Positions 38,262-51,615 are shown, numbered from the stretch's first letter. The stretch: 64,000 nucleotides of DNA from Scyliorhinus canicula (GCF_902713615.1 NC_052147.1:52933549-52997548), one strand, 5' to 3'. Program-made: numbers and translations. Notes: generated by a model from the sequence alone, not told the origin.

Positions 38262-38900
38262 AACTAAACTTGACCAGCCATATTAATGCTGTGGCTACCA
38301 GGGCAGATCAAAGGCTAGGAATCCTATGATGAGTAACTCACCCCCTGACCCCCAAAGCCTGTCCACCATCTACAAGGCACAAGTCAGGAGTGTGATGGAA
38401 TACTCTCCACTTGCCTGGATGAGTGCAGCTCCAACAACACTCCAGAAGCTCAACACCATCCAGGACAAAGCAGCCCACTTGATTGCTCCCCCTTCCACAA
38501 ACATTCAAACCCTCCATCACCGTCGAACAGTGGCAGCCGTGTGTACCATCTACAGGATGCACTGCAGTAACTCGCCGAGGTTCCTTAGACACACCTTCCA
38601 AACCCACGACCACTACCATCTAGAAGGACAAAAGCAGCAGATACCTGGGAACACCACCACCTGGAAGTTCCCCTCCCAAGCCACTCACCGCCCTGTCGTG
38701 AAAATATATTGCCATTTCTTCACTGTCACTGGGCAAAATCCTGGTACTCCCTCCCTAACAGCATTGTGCTTGTACCTACACCTCAGGGACTGCAGCGGTT
38801 CAAGAAGGCAGCTCACCACCACCTTCTGAAGGGCAACTAGGGATGGGCAGTAAATGTTGGCCCAACGAGTGTCGCCCACATCCTGTAAATTAATTTAAAG
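38262..38900 (+). mobile_element. Second CR1-like LINE family, 3' end
   Basis: LSTIYKAQVRSVMEYSPLAWMSAAPTTLQKLNTIQDKAAHLI; tail GGGCAACTAGGGATGGGCAGTAAATG...CCCACATCC. Confidence 0.9.
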
Positions 38901-39819
38901 AAATTATTTTCACCTTCGCACCATGTGTATAATACACCTCCTCATCCACCCCAATTTTGGACAAGTTAAGGGGAAAGAATGCATAAATATACTCAAAGGT
39001 TAATGCTATTAAGACAAGACATCATGTGGAAATAGGTAACTTTAGGGAAGGCAAAGGAAATTCTGACTGAAGCAAGGTTCTTACATGTTAACTTCTAAAC
39101 TTGATCATTTTTTGTTGGTCATCCAGAATATTTTGAAATCATCAATTGGTTCAGGTTTTTGTTCTGGCTGAACCTCGGCTCTGGTTTGCTGTCTTTTTGC
39201 TTCTCTTGTGTGGCATGTAAAACATACATTAACCCTGAGCCTAAAATCTAGGATTTAGTTTAATAACAAGGTGTTTCTGAAGCTCAACATTAAAGTATTG
39301 CATATTCTATGCATGTTCAAAGAGATCGGGCACAAAAATATAAATCAAATGGCACTTCTAAATGTAAATAAGCTTTTGCACTCTATGTACAATTGATAAG
39401 AACCATTCTTGTCCTTGGATTGCGTTCTTTATCTAACAATATTTTCTTTCAAAAGCAATTCAAAAAGAATTCCAATGATTTGCTCTCTTCCCCTAAGCCC
39501 TGTGTAGCCCCGCTCTTCTATTTCCATGTTCTTGGTAAAATAAGGGAAGAAATGGAGTGAACGAGCAAAGGGATCTAGGGAGATAGATATACAAATTGCT
39601 AAAATGACACAGGTTAATTAGGGCATTTGAAAAAAAAATAGTTGACAGAGCACTGGGATTTGTTTGTACAGGACAGAATTGGAAAGTTGCAAAGTTATGT
39701 TAAGTTTATACAGAAGTTTGGTTAGATCGCATCTGGAGAACAGTGCGCAGTTCTGATCTCAATGTATCATAAAAATAATATAAAGGCATTGGTGCACGTG
39801 CAGGGAAGGTTTACACGAT

Positions 39820-40130
39820 GATAATAATAATAATCTTTATTGTCACAAGTAGGCATACATTAACACTGCAATGAAGTTACCGTGAAAAGCCCCTAGTAGC
39901 CACATTCCGGCGCCTGTTCAGGTACACAGAGGGAGAATTTAGAATGTCCAATTCACCTAACAACACGTCTTTCGGGATTTGTGGGAGGAAACCGGAGCAA
40001 ACGGAGGTAATCCACGCAGACACGGGGAGAACGTGCAGGCTTCACACAGACAGTGACCCAAGCCGGAAATCGAACCTGGAACCCTGGCGCTCTGAATAAA
40101 CTGTGCTACCCACTGTGCTACCGTGCTGCC
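39820..40130 (-). mobile_element. V-SINE with alternative tail ending (TTA)n
   Basis: V-domain head joined to ACTAGGGGCTTTTCACGGTAACTTCATTGCAGTGTTAATG...CTACTTGTGACAATAAAGATTATTATT. Confidence 0.9.
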
Positions 40131-40457
40131 AGAACTATGAGGATATACCTGGAGATCAGGAAATATTGACCAGGCTTGTGGCACTTTTCTCCAGAAAAAC
40201 AGAAGGCTGTGAGATAATCTGATGGAGTTCAAGATGTCTCCACTTATGGGGGAAAAGCAAAACCAAAAATAAATATGCTAAATAAAAAATCCATTAGCAA
40301 ATTTAGAAAAAACCTTTTCCCCTCAGGGAGGGGTTAGAATGTAAATGTTGCTACCTCAGGGAGTAGTTGAGGTGAATAGAATGGAGGCATTTAAGGGCAA
40401 GCAAGATGTACACATTAGAAGGAAATTAATGTAATGGTTATGCTGACCGGGTAAGAT

Positions 40458-41360
40458 CAGTCATTTTCAAACCCAGGGTCGTGGGTCATGGGTCACAGGC
40501 GGGTGGCGGGAGGGTCGCAGGGCCATGCGTTGCAGCATTCCTGATTGCGGGGTCATGCATCATGGCGTTCCAGATCGTGGGAAGAGTGCCTGATGGCGCA
40601 ACCGGCTTTTATAAATGCCAGCCACGAATGGCTTTCATAATGCCGGCGGTTCCGCGCATGTGTGCCCCCTCAGCAGTGCCTTGGCCCAGAGCCCAGCAGG
40701 GCAAAACACCTCTTCCTGATGTCAGCGCACTGATCTAGGAGCAGATTTTTTAAATCACTGGAGTCTTCCCGCCTAGAGTGGTAGCAGAGAGCAGGTCACA
40801 CGACCCATACACTGACATCACATGCTGGGCATGAGAGAGATTCCTCCATTTTGTCGCTGCCTGCAGTGCTGTTGTGAACTTCAGGGCGTCTGGTTAACAA
40901 CCCGTGAAGAAGAATCTGGAAACAGGAACAAAGCAGCATAGCGATGGCTACTTGAGGTATGAGTTATTCATTGTGCCACTGCAAATCAGGATTCAAAGTT
41001 CATGTGTGTTATATGCAGGGAAGTACTGGCAAATCAAAGCTTATAACCCTTAAAACTTCAAAGACATTTGACGACTAAGCATGGCGAGTTCGAGGGCAAA
41101 CCTCTTTAATTTTTGCAATGGATGCGGTGCGATCATACTTAAATCATCTGCTGAAGTCATTATCAGAAATGTAACATTTGAATAACAGAACAAGTGAGAT
41201 TGTGAGGACCAAGCAGGCTCACCTGTCACATTAAAGGGAAGTGAAAATGATTGGCCGCGAAGATCGGCTGGCATGGGTCGTGAAGGTTGGCCGGCATGGG
41301 TCCCGAATGGTGGCCGGTTGGTAAAAATGGATCCCTGACAAAAAAATTTGTAAAGCACTG
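40458..41360 (+). mobile_element. hAT Charlie/Buster-type non-autonomous element with BED-finger remnant
   Basis: CAGT...ACTG termini; 8-bp TSD GGTAAGAT/GGTTAGAT (40450-40457, 41361-41368); internal MCVICREVLANQSL*PLKLQRHLTTKH. Confidence 0.9.
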
Positions 41361-41654
41361 GGTTAGATGAAGAGGGGCGGAAAGATCAGCTCATGATGAG
41401 CTTAAACACTGTGCAGAGATGAATGAGTACGGAACAGCCCGTTTCTTGTGCTGCATATTCAATGTATTTCCATAGAAATTCTGTAATTGTTTCCACTTTA
41501 AGCATTATTGGCAACAACGCATTCCAAATCTCGAGGAAAGAAACTCCTCTTCCTAATCTCTCATTTCCTTTTCTTAATGAATTTTAAAGTGATGATTTCT
41601 CAGCAATAATTACCGGAACCACACCTGCATCCCCCACCCTCCGCACACAGAGAT

Positions 41655-42276
41655 GGGCGGGATTCTCCGATCCTGGGGCTAAGTGTTGATGCCGTCGTAA
41701 ACGCTGGAGCGCTTTACGACGGTGTCATCTGGTCCCTCGGATCAGCGATCCTGCGCCGCACAGGGGCCCAGCAGGGCACTGGAGAGCCTCACGCGGCTCC
41801 AGGTGCGCACGGGCGCTGCGGGTCCGCACATTCGCGTGGGTTGCCGTCTCCGCGCCAGCCCCGACGCAACATGGCGGAGACTTACAGGGGCCCGGCACGG
41901 AGGAACATGGGCCCCTATCAGGATAAGCCCGCCCACCGATCGGTAGGCCCTGATCGCGGGCCAGGCCGCCCTGGAGGCACCCCCCCCACCCCCGAGTCCG
42001 ATTCCGCCCCCCTCCCCCCCCCCCCCCCCCCCCCCCCCCCCCACCAGGCCACCCCCCTCAACATGAACGGCGAGGTCCTGCCAGGTGGGACCACATGAGA
42101 ACGACGCCAGCGGGACTCAGCCTAAACCTGGCGGTCACTCGGGCCATCGCGCGGGGAGAATGGCCGGGCAGGCCTATGGCGACGATTCACCTAGTCGGAC
42201 CGGCATCAGACCAGCATTGCGTGGTTCGCGCCCGCGACGATTCTCCGACCCGACGTGGGGTCGGAGAATCCCACCC
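41655..42276. mobile_element. Harbinger-type MITE
   Basis: TIRs GGGCGGGATTCTCCGA / TCGGAGAATCCCACCC; CpG-rich with subterminal hairpins. Confidence 0.85.
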
Positions 42277-42920
42277 AACATCTGGGGTAGAAACTGGAGC
42301 AGCAAGACCGATAGCTCAAGAAGATTACGGGAAAGTTGTGTTATTGGGCCTACATACCAGGTGCCACAATCACCCCAAGAGAAATGCACTGTTCCTCATG
42401 AGCATGAAGATTGGCTGTCAGGGATGATGGCACTGAAGCCCATGATAAGTCTGGAAGGCGGAAGGGGGAACAAACCTTCAGCTGGAAAATTGAGAAGACA
42501 GCAGGAGCGCCCCTGCACATTCTAGCTCCACATTTAGATAACTAGCATCCTTTAGGCAGCAGTCTCGAGCATTCCTGTTAAGTGTCACCCTACATGCTGC
42601 TGTCAGACACAATCCAATCTCGCAAAGAGGCCTTGAAGTCAATGTTAGGCCCTCCATTTGCACAGGTGATGGTTCTAACACTTGTGTCTGACAGGTCGTC
42701 TCTCTGTGATGCCTAATCAACATGGCAACCAGAGCAATTGCCATCCACGTGCAGTCAGCAACAAATTGAGTAGGTTTCAACCCATTTTTTTTTACTGAAA
42801 ATCATGTGAGGCAAGATCCAATTCTGCCTCCTGAAGCATTGTATTGTTGATGACACCCTTATTAAAAAATAGTATGTTGTATGCTCTGTGGCTTTAATGG
42901 CATTTGTATGATTGAGCACC

Positions 42921-43345
42921 CACGAGGGCTTCCACAAAGCATGGGGGTAATTCATCAGCCTGTTCCAAGACCTGTTTGAGGCCAATAGTGACTAGGAAGA
43001 GAAGGGATGAGAGGGAGGAAGGCAAAGGAAGGCACACACAAGGGGAGGGGGGAGGGGAGGGAAGGGGGTAAAGGGGGAAGGGGAGGGGAGGGAAGGAATT
43101 CCAAGGGAAGCACAAAACAAAACATGGGGGTCAAGAGGAGGAGGGGAAGGGGCACGCAGGCCGCCCCCCTGCCAACAATAAAAACATTAAGAGGGGTATT
43201 TAACCACCAATGAGGGAAGGGGGTAGGGGGGTCCTCATATAAAATCCAAGATAAAGAAGGCGCAAACTTGTTTGTAAATACCAGATTCACGTGAGCTGTT
43301 ACTTTGTTAAACTGGAAAACTCCAATTAAAATATTATTTTAAAAA
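42921..43345 (+). mobile_element. L1 3' end (ORF2 tail and G-rich UTR)
   Basis: EGFHKAWG*FISLFQDLFEAN is homologous to the ORF2 end at 32930-33010; decayed TSD ATGATTGAGCACC / ATGATTTAGCCCC. Confidence 0.8.
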
Positions 43346-43549
43346 ATGATTTAGCCCCCATAATTCTTCAACTTGTACCCCATGGGAGCAATTTCTAACT
43401 GGAAGCCACCTGTTTCCTGCCTGAGAAAGAAATTGGGATAAATTAAAAATTGTGGCGGGGGGGAGGGGGTGCAGGTTGTCAGCTCTTTGACATAAATGGA
43501 TGGGCCTGAAACAAGCTACTTGTCCTCCTATCTTATGCCCTCCCTCAAC

Positions 43550-43800
43550 ATAAACTCATCCAAAACTCTGCTGCACATGTCCTGGATCATACCAAGTCCA
43601 GTTCACCTATCACCCGTGTGCTCGCTGGTCCGATAAGCAATGCCTCAATTTTAACATTCTTGTATTCATATCCCTCTGTGGACTTTCCCTTCCCGATCTC
43701 TGTAATCCCCATGAACCTCTCAGCCCTCTGAGATATTTGCCCTTCTCTAATTCACCCGTAGTCCTACTTGTACAGGCGTTGAGCGTCCTAATCAATGACC
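43550..43800 (+). mobile_element. L2 3' fragment
   Basis: LIQNSAAHVLDHTKSSSPITRVLA motif. Confidence 0.75.
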
Positions 43801-45417
43801 CTTCACTAGTAACTGCTCACAAAACTGTTCAGAAAATTTTGGAATTTGTTTTTTGAAGGGACTGTTATTGGCCTGTCAGAGACCTTCACCGCCTAAAAAA
43901 AGTTGCCTGGAAGCTCAGCCTGAGAGGCTGCGAACAGGTGGCTTCCTACAGCAGGAATGTCCACATGGTGGCTACAGCTCATGGTCAAACATGAGCTTCA
44001 GGCCTCTTTCCGGTTACAATTGAAAGACACGACTGATAAAATACAGCTGTAGTCAACAGTGGAAATTATTAATCCACATATAAGCGAGTAGCCCGGTGTG
44101 CCCAGCTGCAGCATATGTCAAATGTTGAAAGAACTAACATTCCATCTGCTTTATTCCATTAACATGTGCAATCAGCCAGCTGAGCCTTGTCTTTGATGCT
44201 ATAAACAATGGATGGAGCTTGAATACTGAATGTACTGTGGGGAAAGGCTAAAAGAAGGAAAAGCTCAGCAAGTGCAGCACGACAACATCACCATACATAA
44301 GTGGTTGTATGTTTTATTGTAGCAAAAGCCACAAATATAAACCACAATGAATCCTGATAGCACATTTTGTTGAAAATGTCATTGAAGTTCTGCTGCTTTG
44401 TAGGCTTTCAAAACTGAGCAATGCAAACCATTTCTCATCCCAAAACAGTAGGTCCTGAAACCCGGGTTGTGGAGGGGGGAAGTCAGATGGATGGGGCATT
44501 GGTGTGTTGGAATCCTTCACAACATCAGGTAAGCAAACACCCAGATTTCTTTCTAACTTAATGAATGTGCACCAGCCCCTTGGCTTGGCATGGGGAAACA
44601 GGCAGGCTGCCAATTTGCATGGCACAATCTCATGGCCTAAATTGGGCCTGCACCTCTCAAGCTTGAGGTTCTCCGTTGCCATCCTCCTTTTCAACAGTTT
44701 GTGAAGAGTTATCTTTACGGTGGTCTACCGCAGGTCAACCTTCAGACTTTCAGGTGATTTGATGGAGCTCCTTGTAGGGAAGGGAAGGACTTAAGGAGGG
44801 CACTGACTGACCTCCAGGATAGTACCAGGACCACTAGCAAGCAGGCCTTGACAGAGCAAGCTGCCAACAGCACAGCCCTAGTACATGGCTTCAATGTGGT
44901 GCAGCAAGGGTGGACAATACTCTTCATTTGTTTCTCCACAAAACTTGCCAACATTCCTTTCATTAAAACATTAAAACCATTCCACACTCTCACCCTTGCT
45001 ATTCCTCCTAGAATAGCACTCACCCCTACTCCAGGAGACAGAGACTTGAACAGATATAGGGGACAACTGGTTTAGCCATTCACCGTCACATTGGCTCGTT
45101 CTCTCATTTGCTAATTGCCTTCTATTCCAGCATCACTGTGAAATGCAATTATAACACCGACTTCTTTCATGCAAGCCAACTTCTTAAACTCCTCCCCTGG
45201 TCTCCTCCACCCTCACTTCCAACAATAAATGTGAAGAGCACATGAACTACTTTGCCACCAAAATGAACATCAGTATGTGAGACGATGGGATACCTGGATG
45301 TGTGGAGGACCTTACATTCTAAAGATAAAGAATTTACTCCTAGAATTGACTTTTTCTTGTGCTTAGGGCAATATTATATTTGGTGTCCTCATGCTCCATA
45401 GGTAGCATTGTGCCCAT

Positions 45418-46378
45418 TCTTTTTAATAAACAATTTTAATGAGGTATTTTTTGCATTACAAACAACAACAGTACAAAAACAATGTACAAAGGACAAGAAA
45501 TATAATGCTATCACCGACTCCCATCCCACCATGACCCGCCTAATTGACCCCCAATTCTACAGTATCTTAACCCCCCCCCCTCACTCCCCCCACCCCCACC
45601 CCTTGCTGATGATTAATTCTCTGCGAAGAAGTCGATGAACGGTTGCCACCTCCGGGCAAACCCTAACAATGACCCTCTCAAGGCGAACTTAATCTTCTCT
45701 AGGCCGAGAAAGCTCGCCATATCAGTTAGCCACGTCTCCGACTTCGGGGGCTCTGAGTCCCTCCAAGCTAATAGTATCCGTCTCCGGGATACCAGGGAAG
45801 CAAAGGCCAGAACAACTGCCTCTTTCTCCTCCTGGATTCCCGGGTCTTCCAACATCCCGAAAATCGCCACCTCTGGATTCGTTGCCACCCTAGTTTTCAA
45901 CACTCTGGACATGACGTCTGCAAACCCCTGCCAATATCCTCTAAGTTTTGGACACGCCCAGAACATGTGAACATGGTTCGTTGGTCCATTTTACATACCT
46001 GTCCTCCACCCCAAAGAATCTACTCATCTGGGCCTGGTGGAGTACCTTGAATTGGATCAAGCTGAGCCTGGCGCATGTTGCAGTCGCATTGACTCTGCTC
46101 AATGCGTCAGCCCATAAGCCATCCTCCATCTCCCCACCAAGCCCCTCCTCCCATTTACGCTTCAGCTCCTTGGTCTGCGTCTCCTCTGCCCCCATAAGTT
46201 CTTTGTAAATGTCCGAGACGCTCCCCTCTCCCACCCATCTCCGAGACACTACCCAATCTGGATCTCCTTAGAGGCAGGAGTGGGAAGGATTCTACCTGCC
46301 TGCGCAGAACGTCCCGCACCTGTAAATATCTAAACTCGTTCCCCCTTGCTAGCCCAAACTTCTCCAGAGCCCTCAACT
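45418..46378 (-). mobile_element. L1 3' fragment
   Basis: HMFWACPKLRGYW, LEKIKFALRGS..W.PFIDF; T-rich tail. Confidence 0.92.
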
Positions 46379-46750
46379 TGAAAGGGATATCTAAACTGAT
46401 TTACGCTCCCTCTCCCATCCAGGGCAGCCAGACTTCCTACAAGATCTTATGGATCATGGGTTCAATACTTGAAAAGATAGAGGCATTTGTAGGCTGGGAG
46501 ATATATTCAGTGGTGCTTCCTTGTCATCCTTAGGACAGCTATTCCAACAATTTGACATCCCAAAACATTCCTTTTTTAAAATATCTGCAACTTGAAAACT
46601 TTATCCTTAACAAGACAAGCTTGTCTCTTGACTCTCCTATTCCCCCGGTGGGAAAAATCCTGACAGTTAATTTTCATGATACCTTGTGTTCTAGATCCTG
46701 CATTGGGTACTTTGCAGTCTTACGAAAAAGACTTTGCAACTAATATTGAT

Positions 46751-47787
46751 ATGGGATATGGCGCTCAACTCATCGATCGACACTTCCAACATGCCACAGC
46801 AAAAAAAAGCACCAACCTCCTCAGAAGACAAATACGGGACGCAACCGACAGAGTACCCTTCGTCGTCCAGTACTTCCCTGGAGCGGAGAAACTCGACATC
46901 ATCTTCGCAGCCTTCAACACATCATCAATGAAGACGAACATCTTGCCAAGGTCATTCCCACACCCCCACTACTGGCCTTCAAACAACTGCACAACCTCAA
47001 ACAAATCATTGTTTGCAGCAAACTACCCAGCCTTCAGAACAGCGACCACGACACCACACAACCCTGCAAGACGTGCCAGATCATCGATATGGGTGCCACC
47101 ATTACACGTGAGAACACCACCACCAGGTACGCGGTACATACTTGTGTGACTCGGCCAATGTTGTCCACCTCAAACACTGCAGGAAAGGATGTCCCGAAGC
47201 GTGGTACATTGGCGAGACCATCCGTTGTCGTAGACACTGCGACAAAGGATGAACGGACATCGCACGACAATCGGTAGGTAGGAATGTTTCCTTCCAGTCG
47301 GGGAACAATTCAGCAGTCAAGGGCATTCAGCCTCTGATCTACAGGTAAGTGGCCTTCAGAACACATGACAACGCAGAATCGCTGAGCAGAAACTGATAGC
47401 CAAGTTCCGCACACGTGTACGGCCTCAACTGGGACCTTGGATTCATGTCGCATTACATTCACCCCACACCATCTGGCCTGGGCTTGCGAAATCCTACCAC
47501 CTGTCTTGGCTTGAGACAATTCACACCTCTTTAACCTGTGATTATCCGTCTCTCCAGTTGCTCCATCTGGACTTGTAAAGACTTAATTCCCTGCATTCAA
47601 AGTATCGTCTTGCATCTTTGACTTTGTCTATATATATGTTTCTGGAACCCACCTCGTCATTCACCTGAGGAAGGAGCAGTGCTCCAAAAGCTAGTGATTC
47701 AAAACAAACCTGTTGGACTTTAACCTGGTGTTGTAAGACTTCTTACTGTGCTCACCCCAGTCCAACGCCGGCATCTCCACATCATAT
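46751..47787 (+). mobile_element. Penelope-like retroelement, 5'-truncated (GIY-YIG endonuclease and terminal repeat)
   Basis: DRVPFVVQYFPG, PCKTC, CDSANVV..CRKGCPEAWYIGET, LRQRMNGHR, EQKLIAKF; TSD CTAATATTGAT at 46740-46750 and 47788-47798. Confidence 0.92.
47659..47699 (+). ncRNA. Minimal type I hammerhead ribozyme motif, G12>A mutated
   Basis: ATTCAC-CTGAGGA-A-GGAGC agt GCTCC-aAAA-GC-TA-GTGATT: stem I, CUGANGA core, stem II and palindromic AGCU mini stem III. Confidence 0.7.
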
Positions 47788-48731
47788 CTAATATTGATGA
47801 GGAGACATTGGATGGTATATGGAATTATGCCAATAAAACTTTGGCATGCAGTAGAATGAAGGAGACTGAGTTCAAGGTACTGCACCACTTGTATATCAGA
47901 CATAGGTTTGATCCTGCTATAACCCCGATGTGCCTGGAAGACGAGGGTGATTATATACCCTGCATATAGACCTGTGTCATGATTCAATCTATTGGCCTGA
48001 TGTAGTTAAGGAGCCTGATAGGATATTTGTCAGGGCCTTAGAATTTGATCCTTTGTTAATTCTGGGTCTTTCAGATAGGGAATTTATTGATAATGTAAAA
48101 TCGTTGTCTAACATTCTAACTTTTGTACCTAATTAAAATATCCCCTGCTCCTGGATCATTGACAAGTATCCATAAATTCAAAACTAGCATTAAATATTCA
48201 TGGACTGTATCCCTATGGAATTCCTGTCATCTGTACGCCAATCTAAGTATGATACATTCCGTAAAGTGTGGGGTCCCCATAGACTCCGCCTTGTTTGACC
48301 TGCTCCTGCTAGGTTTCCCATGAGCCATATTGCAAGTCACGATCTAGCCATACATAAAGATGTGCATCTTGAAATATTATCCTGTTTTGTTTATATGGCC
48401 TTATCCTCTTATTCCCCCATTTATGATTAATCCGGTGTTAAAATTGGAGGCACTAGTTCTCAAGGACCGTTGTTTTGAATTTATCCTATCTTGCCTGGTT
48501 CTTACATTCGTAGAAATATTTCTTCTGTACTTTGCCAGTTGTGCTTTGAAAATGTTATTGTGTTACCTGTAAATAAAACTTGCAAAAAAAGGGTCATTCT
48601 TGTTGATTCCCTTACTTTCCCCTTTCTTTACTTTTGCTGTTATTATTTTGATTCACGGGATGCTTAATGAATTTATACCTTTAAGTCGAGCAGGGGGAAT
48701 GAGAAATTCAAAAGTTACAAAAGAGAACAGT

Positions 48732-49410
48732 GGGCGGGATTCTCTCAGCCCCCGCCGAGCCAGAGAATCGTCAGGCTGGACGCGATTCGCACAACGCTGC
48801 CCCGGCGCCGGTCCGCTGATTCTCCAGTGACCGGAGAATTGGTACCATTGGCGGCGTCACAGTGCCGGACGGGGGCCGCTCTACGCAGCCCCCCCCCCCC
48901 CCCCGCGATTCTCCGCCCGTGATGGGCCGAGTGGCCACCCAAAAAAGCCGGCGGCATTCACATCTGGTTTTACCCGGCGGGACCTCGGCATCCATCCTAT
49001 CTGGGGTGGCCAGGTAGGGGGGGGAGGAGGGGGGTCTGACCCCGGGGCGGCGGGGGGGGGAGGGGTCCTCTATCGTGGCCTGGTCCGCTATCGGGGCCTA
49101 CTGATCGGCGGGCCGGCCTCTCGTGGTGAGGACCTCTTTTGCTCGGCACCGGCTCCCGTAGCCCTCCACCATGCTGCGTCGGGGCCGGCGCTGAGAAGAG
49201 AGCTACTGCGCATGCGCACATTCGCAGATCCGCGGCACCCATTTGACGCTGGTATCAGCAGCTGGAGCGGCATGGGGTCGCTCCAGTGCTGTGCTGGCCT
49301 CCTGGAGGGCAGAGGATCGCTAAACAAAGCGGTCCAATGACGCCGTCGTTAAACTCTCCAGTTTTTACGACGGCGTCAACACTCTGCCGTCAGATGGGAG
49401 AATCCTGCTC
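48732..49410. mobile_element. Harbinger-type MITE
   Basis: TIRs GGGCGGGATTCTC / GAGAATCCTGCTC; flanks AGT/AAT; related in reverse orientation to 41655-42276. Confidence 0.85.
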
Positions 49411-49412
49411 AA

Positions 49413-50127
49413 TGTGTTAGTTTTGGGACAGCAGAACTCAGACGTTTTGGCACTTGAGAGATTGTTAGGACTCAGTTTTATTGGTTGGCAGGTTGCCAAT
49501 GAATTGGCCAAAAGGCCATATTCTATCCCAGTAATAGGTGGTGATTGAATCTTCCCCCGGGTGGGATACATTTTTTTTTGGACAACCAAGGAAGGACTGT
49601 TGGAGTGCTGGACATAAAAAGCAGCTGCCCTCTCTCTTTCTCTCTTGTTTTTCTCCAGAAAAGCTGCATAGTTGTACAGAGACCTGAATAGGTCTACAGT
49701 GGAAAGTATTACAGACTGGAAACAGAAACCTTGAATTGAAAGCCTGGACTGAAGAAAGGTGTGCTAGAAAACAACCATCCGAAACAAAGACTCTTATCCT
49801 TCTTACTTTTATCATTATTTTACACCCCTCTTTTCCCCTCTGTGTTTGTCTTGTGTGTGTGTAGAGGGTGGAGTGAATTTAACTGGGGGTTTAGGAATTA
49901 GATAATAGTTAACCTGTTGTTTTTGCTGCATATTTAATCATAGTTCTTGTTATTAATAAAATTAATTGTTTAAATTTACAAACCTGGTCACTGCAGTTAT
50001 TGGGCAGTCAAGGACCAAAGATTTTGGGTGTTTTATTAATTAATTAATTATTAATTTCAATTGTTTTGCGACTGTGGGTCAAATGGGGCTGGAATTGACT
50101 GCGCACTAGCCCAGGGGGGTCGTAATA
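49413..50127 (+). mobile_element. LTR (3' portion) of a Gypsy/ERV-type element
   Basis: TACAT/TATA-like box, AATAAA at ~49955, ends GGGGGTCGTAATA (decayed ...TAACA). Confidence 0.55.
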
Positions 50128-50351
50128 AATTATAAAACTCTAATAAAAATTATACATTCAAAAAAACATTATTCTAGTCATTGTATTCTCGTGGAACTTT
50201 TAAAAGTCATCGTTTGACTGCATTCCGTAAAAAAAAGTTCCCCAAAAATAATCTTCAATCAATATTTTTTTAATGGAATTTAAATGTATAAATTGACATT
50301 TGAAGCCTTATAAAGAACCCTCCAAAAGCGGGGGCTGAACAATACACCAAT

Positions 50352-50583
50352 TATTATTTTTTTTAATTTAGAGTGCCCAATTCATTTTGTTCCAATTAAG
50401 GGGCAATTTAGCGTGGCCAATCCACCTACCCTGCACATCTTTGGGTTGTGGGGGCGAAAACCATGCAAACACGGGGAGAATGTGCAAACTCCACACGGAC
50501 AGTGACCCAGAGCCGGGATCGAACCTGGGACCTCGGCGTCGTGAGGCAACAGGGCTAACCCACTGCGCCACTGTGCTGCCCCC
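50352..50583 (-). mobile_element. V-SINE short variant, poly(A)-ended
   Basis: Full head; TSD-like CAATACACCAAT / CAATGCACCAAT. Confidence 0.92.
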
Positions 50584-50840
50584 CAATGCACCAATGATAA
50601 AGTGAACCTTGCAGCATGGATGTGGATGGTTGCCATTTCAAAATGTCATTAGCAAATATTGGATCTGGGTCACAAGCAGTCTGAGATATAATTTGTACTC
50701 TAACTTGCTGTCTGCCAGGTATGATTCCAGATACAGGACACATGTCCATTGATTCTGGTATGACTAGTGTTCCTTGATCTTCAGTGAAATATTGCCTTGA
50801 TGTCAAGGATGATCACTTCATCTCACTCCTGGAATATCAG

Positions 50841-51474
50841 GGGCTGGATTCTCTGCTCCCCGATGCCAAAATCGCGTTCGGCGACGGGGCGGAGAATCTG
50901 TTTTGCCGCTGAAATCGGGAGCGCCGTCAGTTTTTCAATTCTCTGCTCCCCTGAAAATTGGCGCACTCATGGTGTATGCTGCGCCAAGTATCCACCGCCT
51001 CAGGCCATTGCCTGAGGCCCACCCCGCAATGCTCCGTTGCCATCCGGCCGAATTCCTGGCGGCATGACTTATGTATGCTCACACTGTCCAGGACCTCGCG
51101 TGGTGGTTGAGGACTCAGTCCGGGGTCACAACAGTCGGGGGAGGGCCAATCGGTGGGCAGGGGGATTCATTTGGGGCTGGAGTTAATGTGGGCAGGCAGT
51201 CCGGGCGTGCGAGCGGCCAATGCCGGCTCTACTTTGGTGGTCCAGGTCCATGGGCTGAGTCCGTCACGGAACATGACGCAGCCGCTGCAGGCCGCTGCCG
51301 TACACATGCGCGACCTCTGACCCGGAACTGCTGGGGACCATATCGGCAGCTAGTGCTGTGAGCTCTACGACGACTCCCTGCAAAATGGGCAATCTGTGGC
51401 CTTTTGACGCCAGGTTTCCTGATGTAAAAGACCACAGTTTTCACGTTAGGCTCCAAAACAGTGAATCTAGCCCC
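50841..51474. mobile_element. Harbinger-type MITE with CAG TSD
   Basis: CAG|GGGCTGGATTCTC ... GTGAATCTAGCCCC|CAG. Confidence 0.85.
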
Positions 51475-51489
51475 CAGATCTTGTGTTCA

Positions 51490-51615
51490 TGTTTGCACCA
51501 AGATTGCGATGAGGCAGGAGAATGGCGATGAGAAAATATCAGCCATGATTGAATGGCAGAGCAGACTCAAAGGGCCGAGTGGCCTAATTCTGCTCCTATG
51601 TCTTATGGTCTTATG
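51490..51615 (+). mobile_element. CR1 3' UTR
   Basis: TCAGCCATGATTGAATGGCAGAGCAGACTC...CTGCTCCTATGTCTTATGGTCTTATG. Confidence 0.88.

Larger units (their letters stand above)
39555..41470 (+). mobile_element. Old CR1 3' region split by a SINE and an hAT element
   Basis: Decayed LVRSHLE..QF, KRRL.DNL..FK and FF..RxVRM motifs in three pieces. Confidence 0.65.
46380..48590 (+). mobile_element. Older L1 3' region interrupted by Penelope
   Basis: GDIFSG..QFDIP..FKYLQL; YEKDFATNID|EETLDGIWNYANK..KETEFKVLHHLY resumes across the insertion; AATAAA and A-tail at ~48572-48590. Confidence 0.8.

Noticed and set aside
41655-42276. CpG-island promoter
   Set aside because: CpG richness is confined to the MITE between its TIRs.
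44730-44910. Further Harbinger Myb-like remnant
   Set aside because: Similarity too weak to support by eye.
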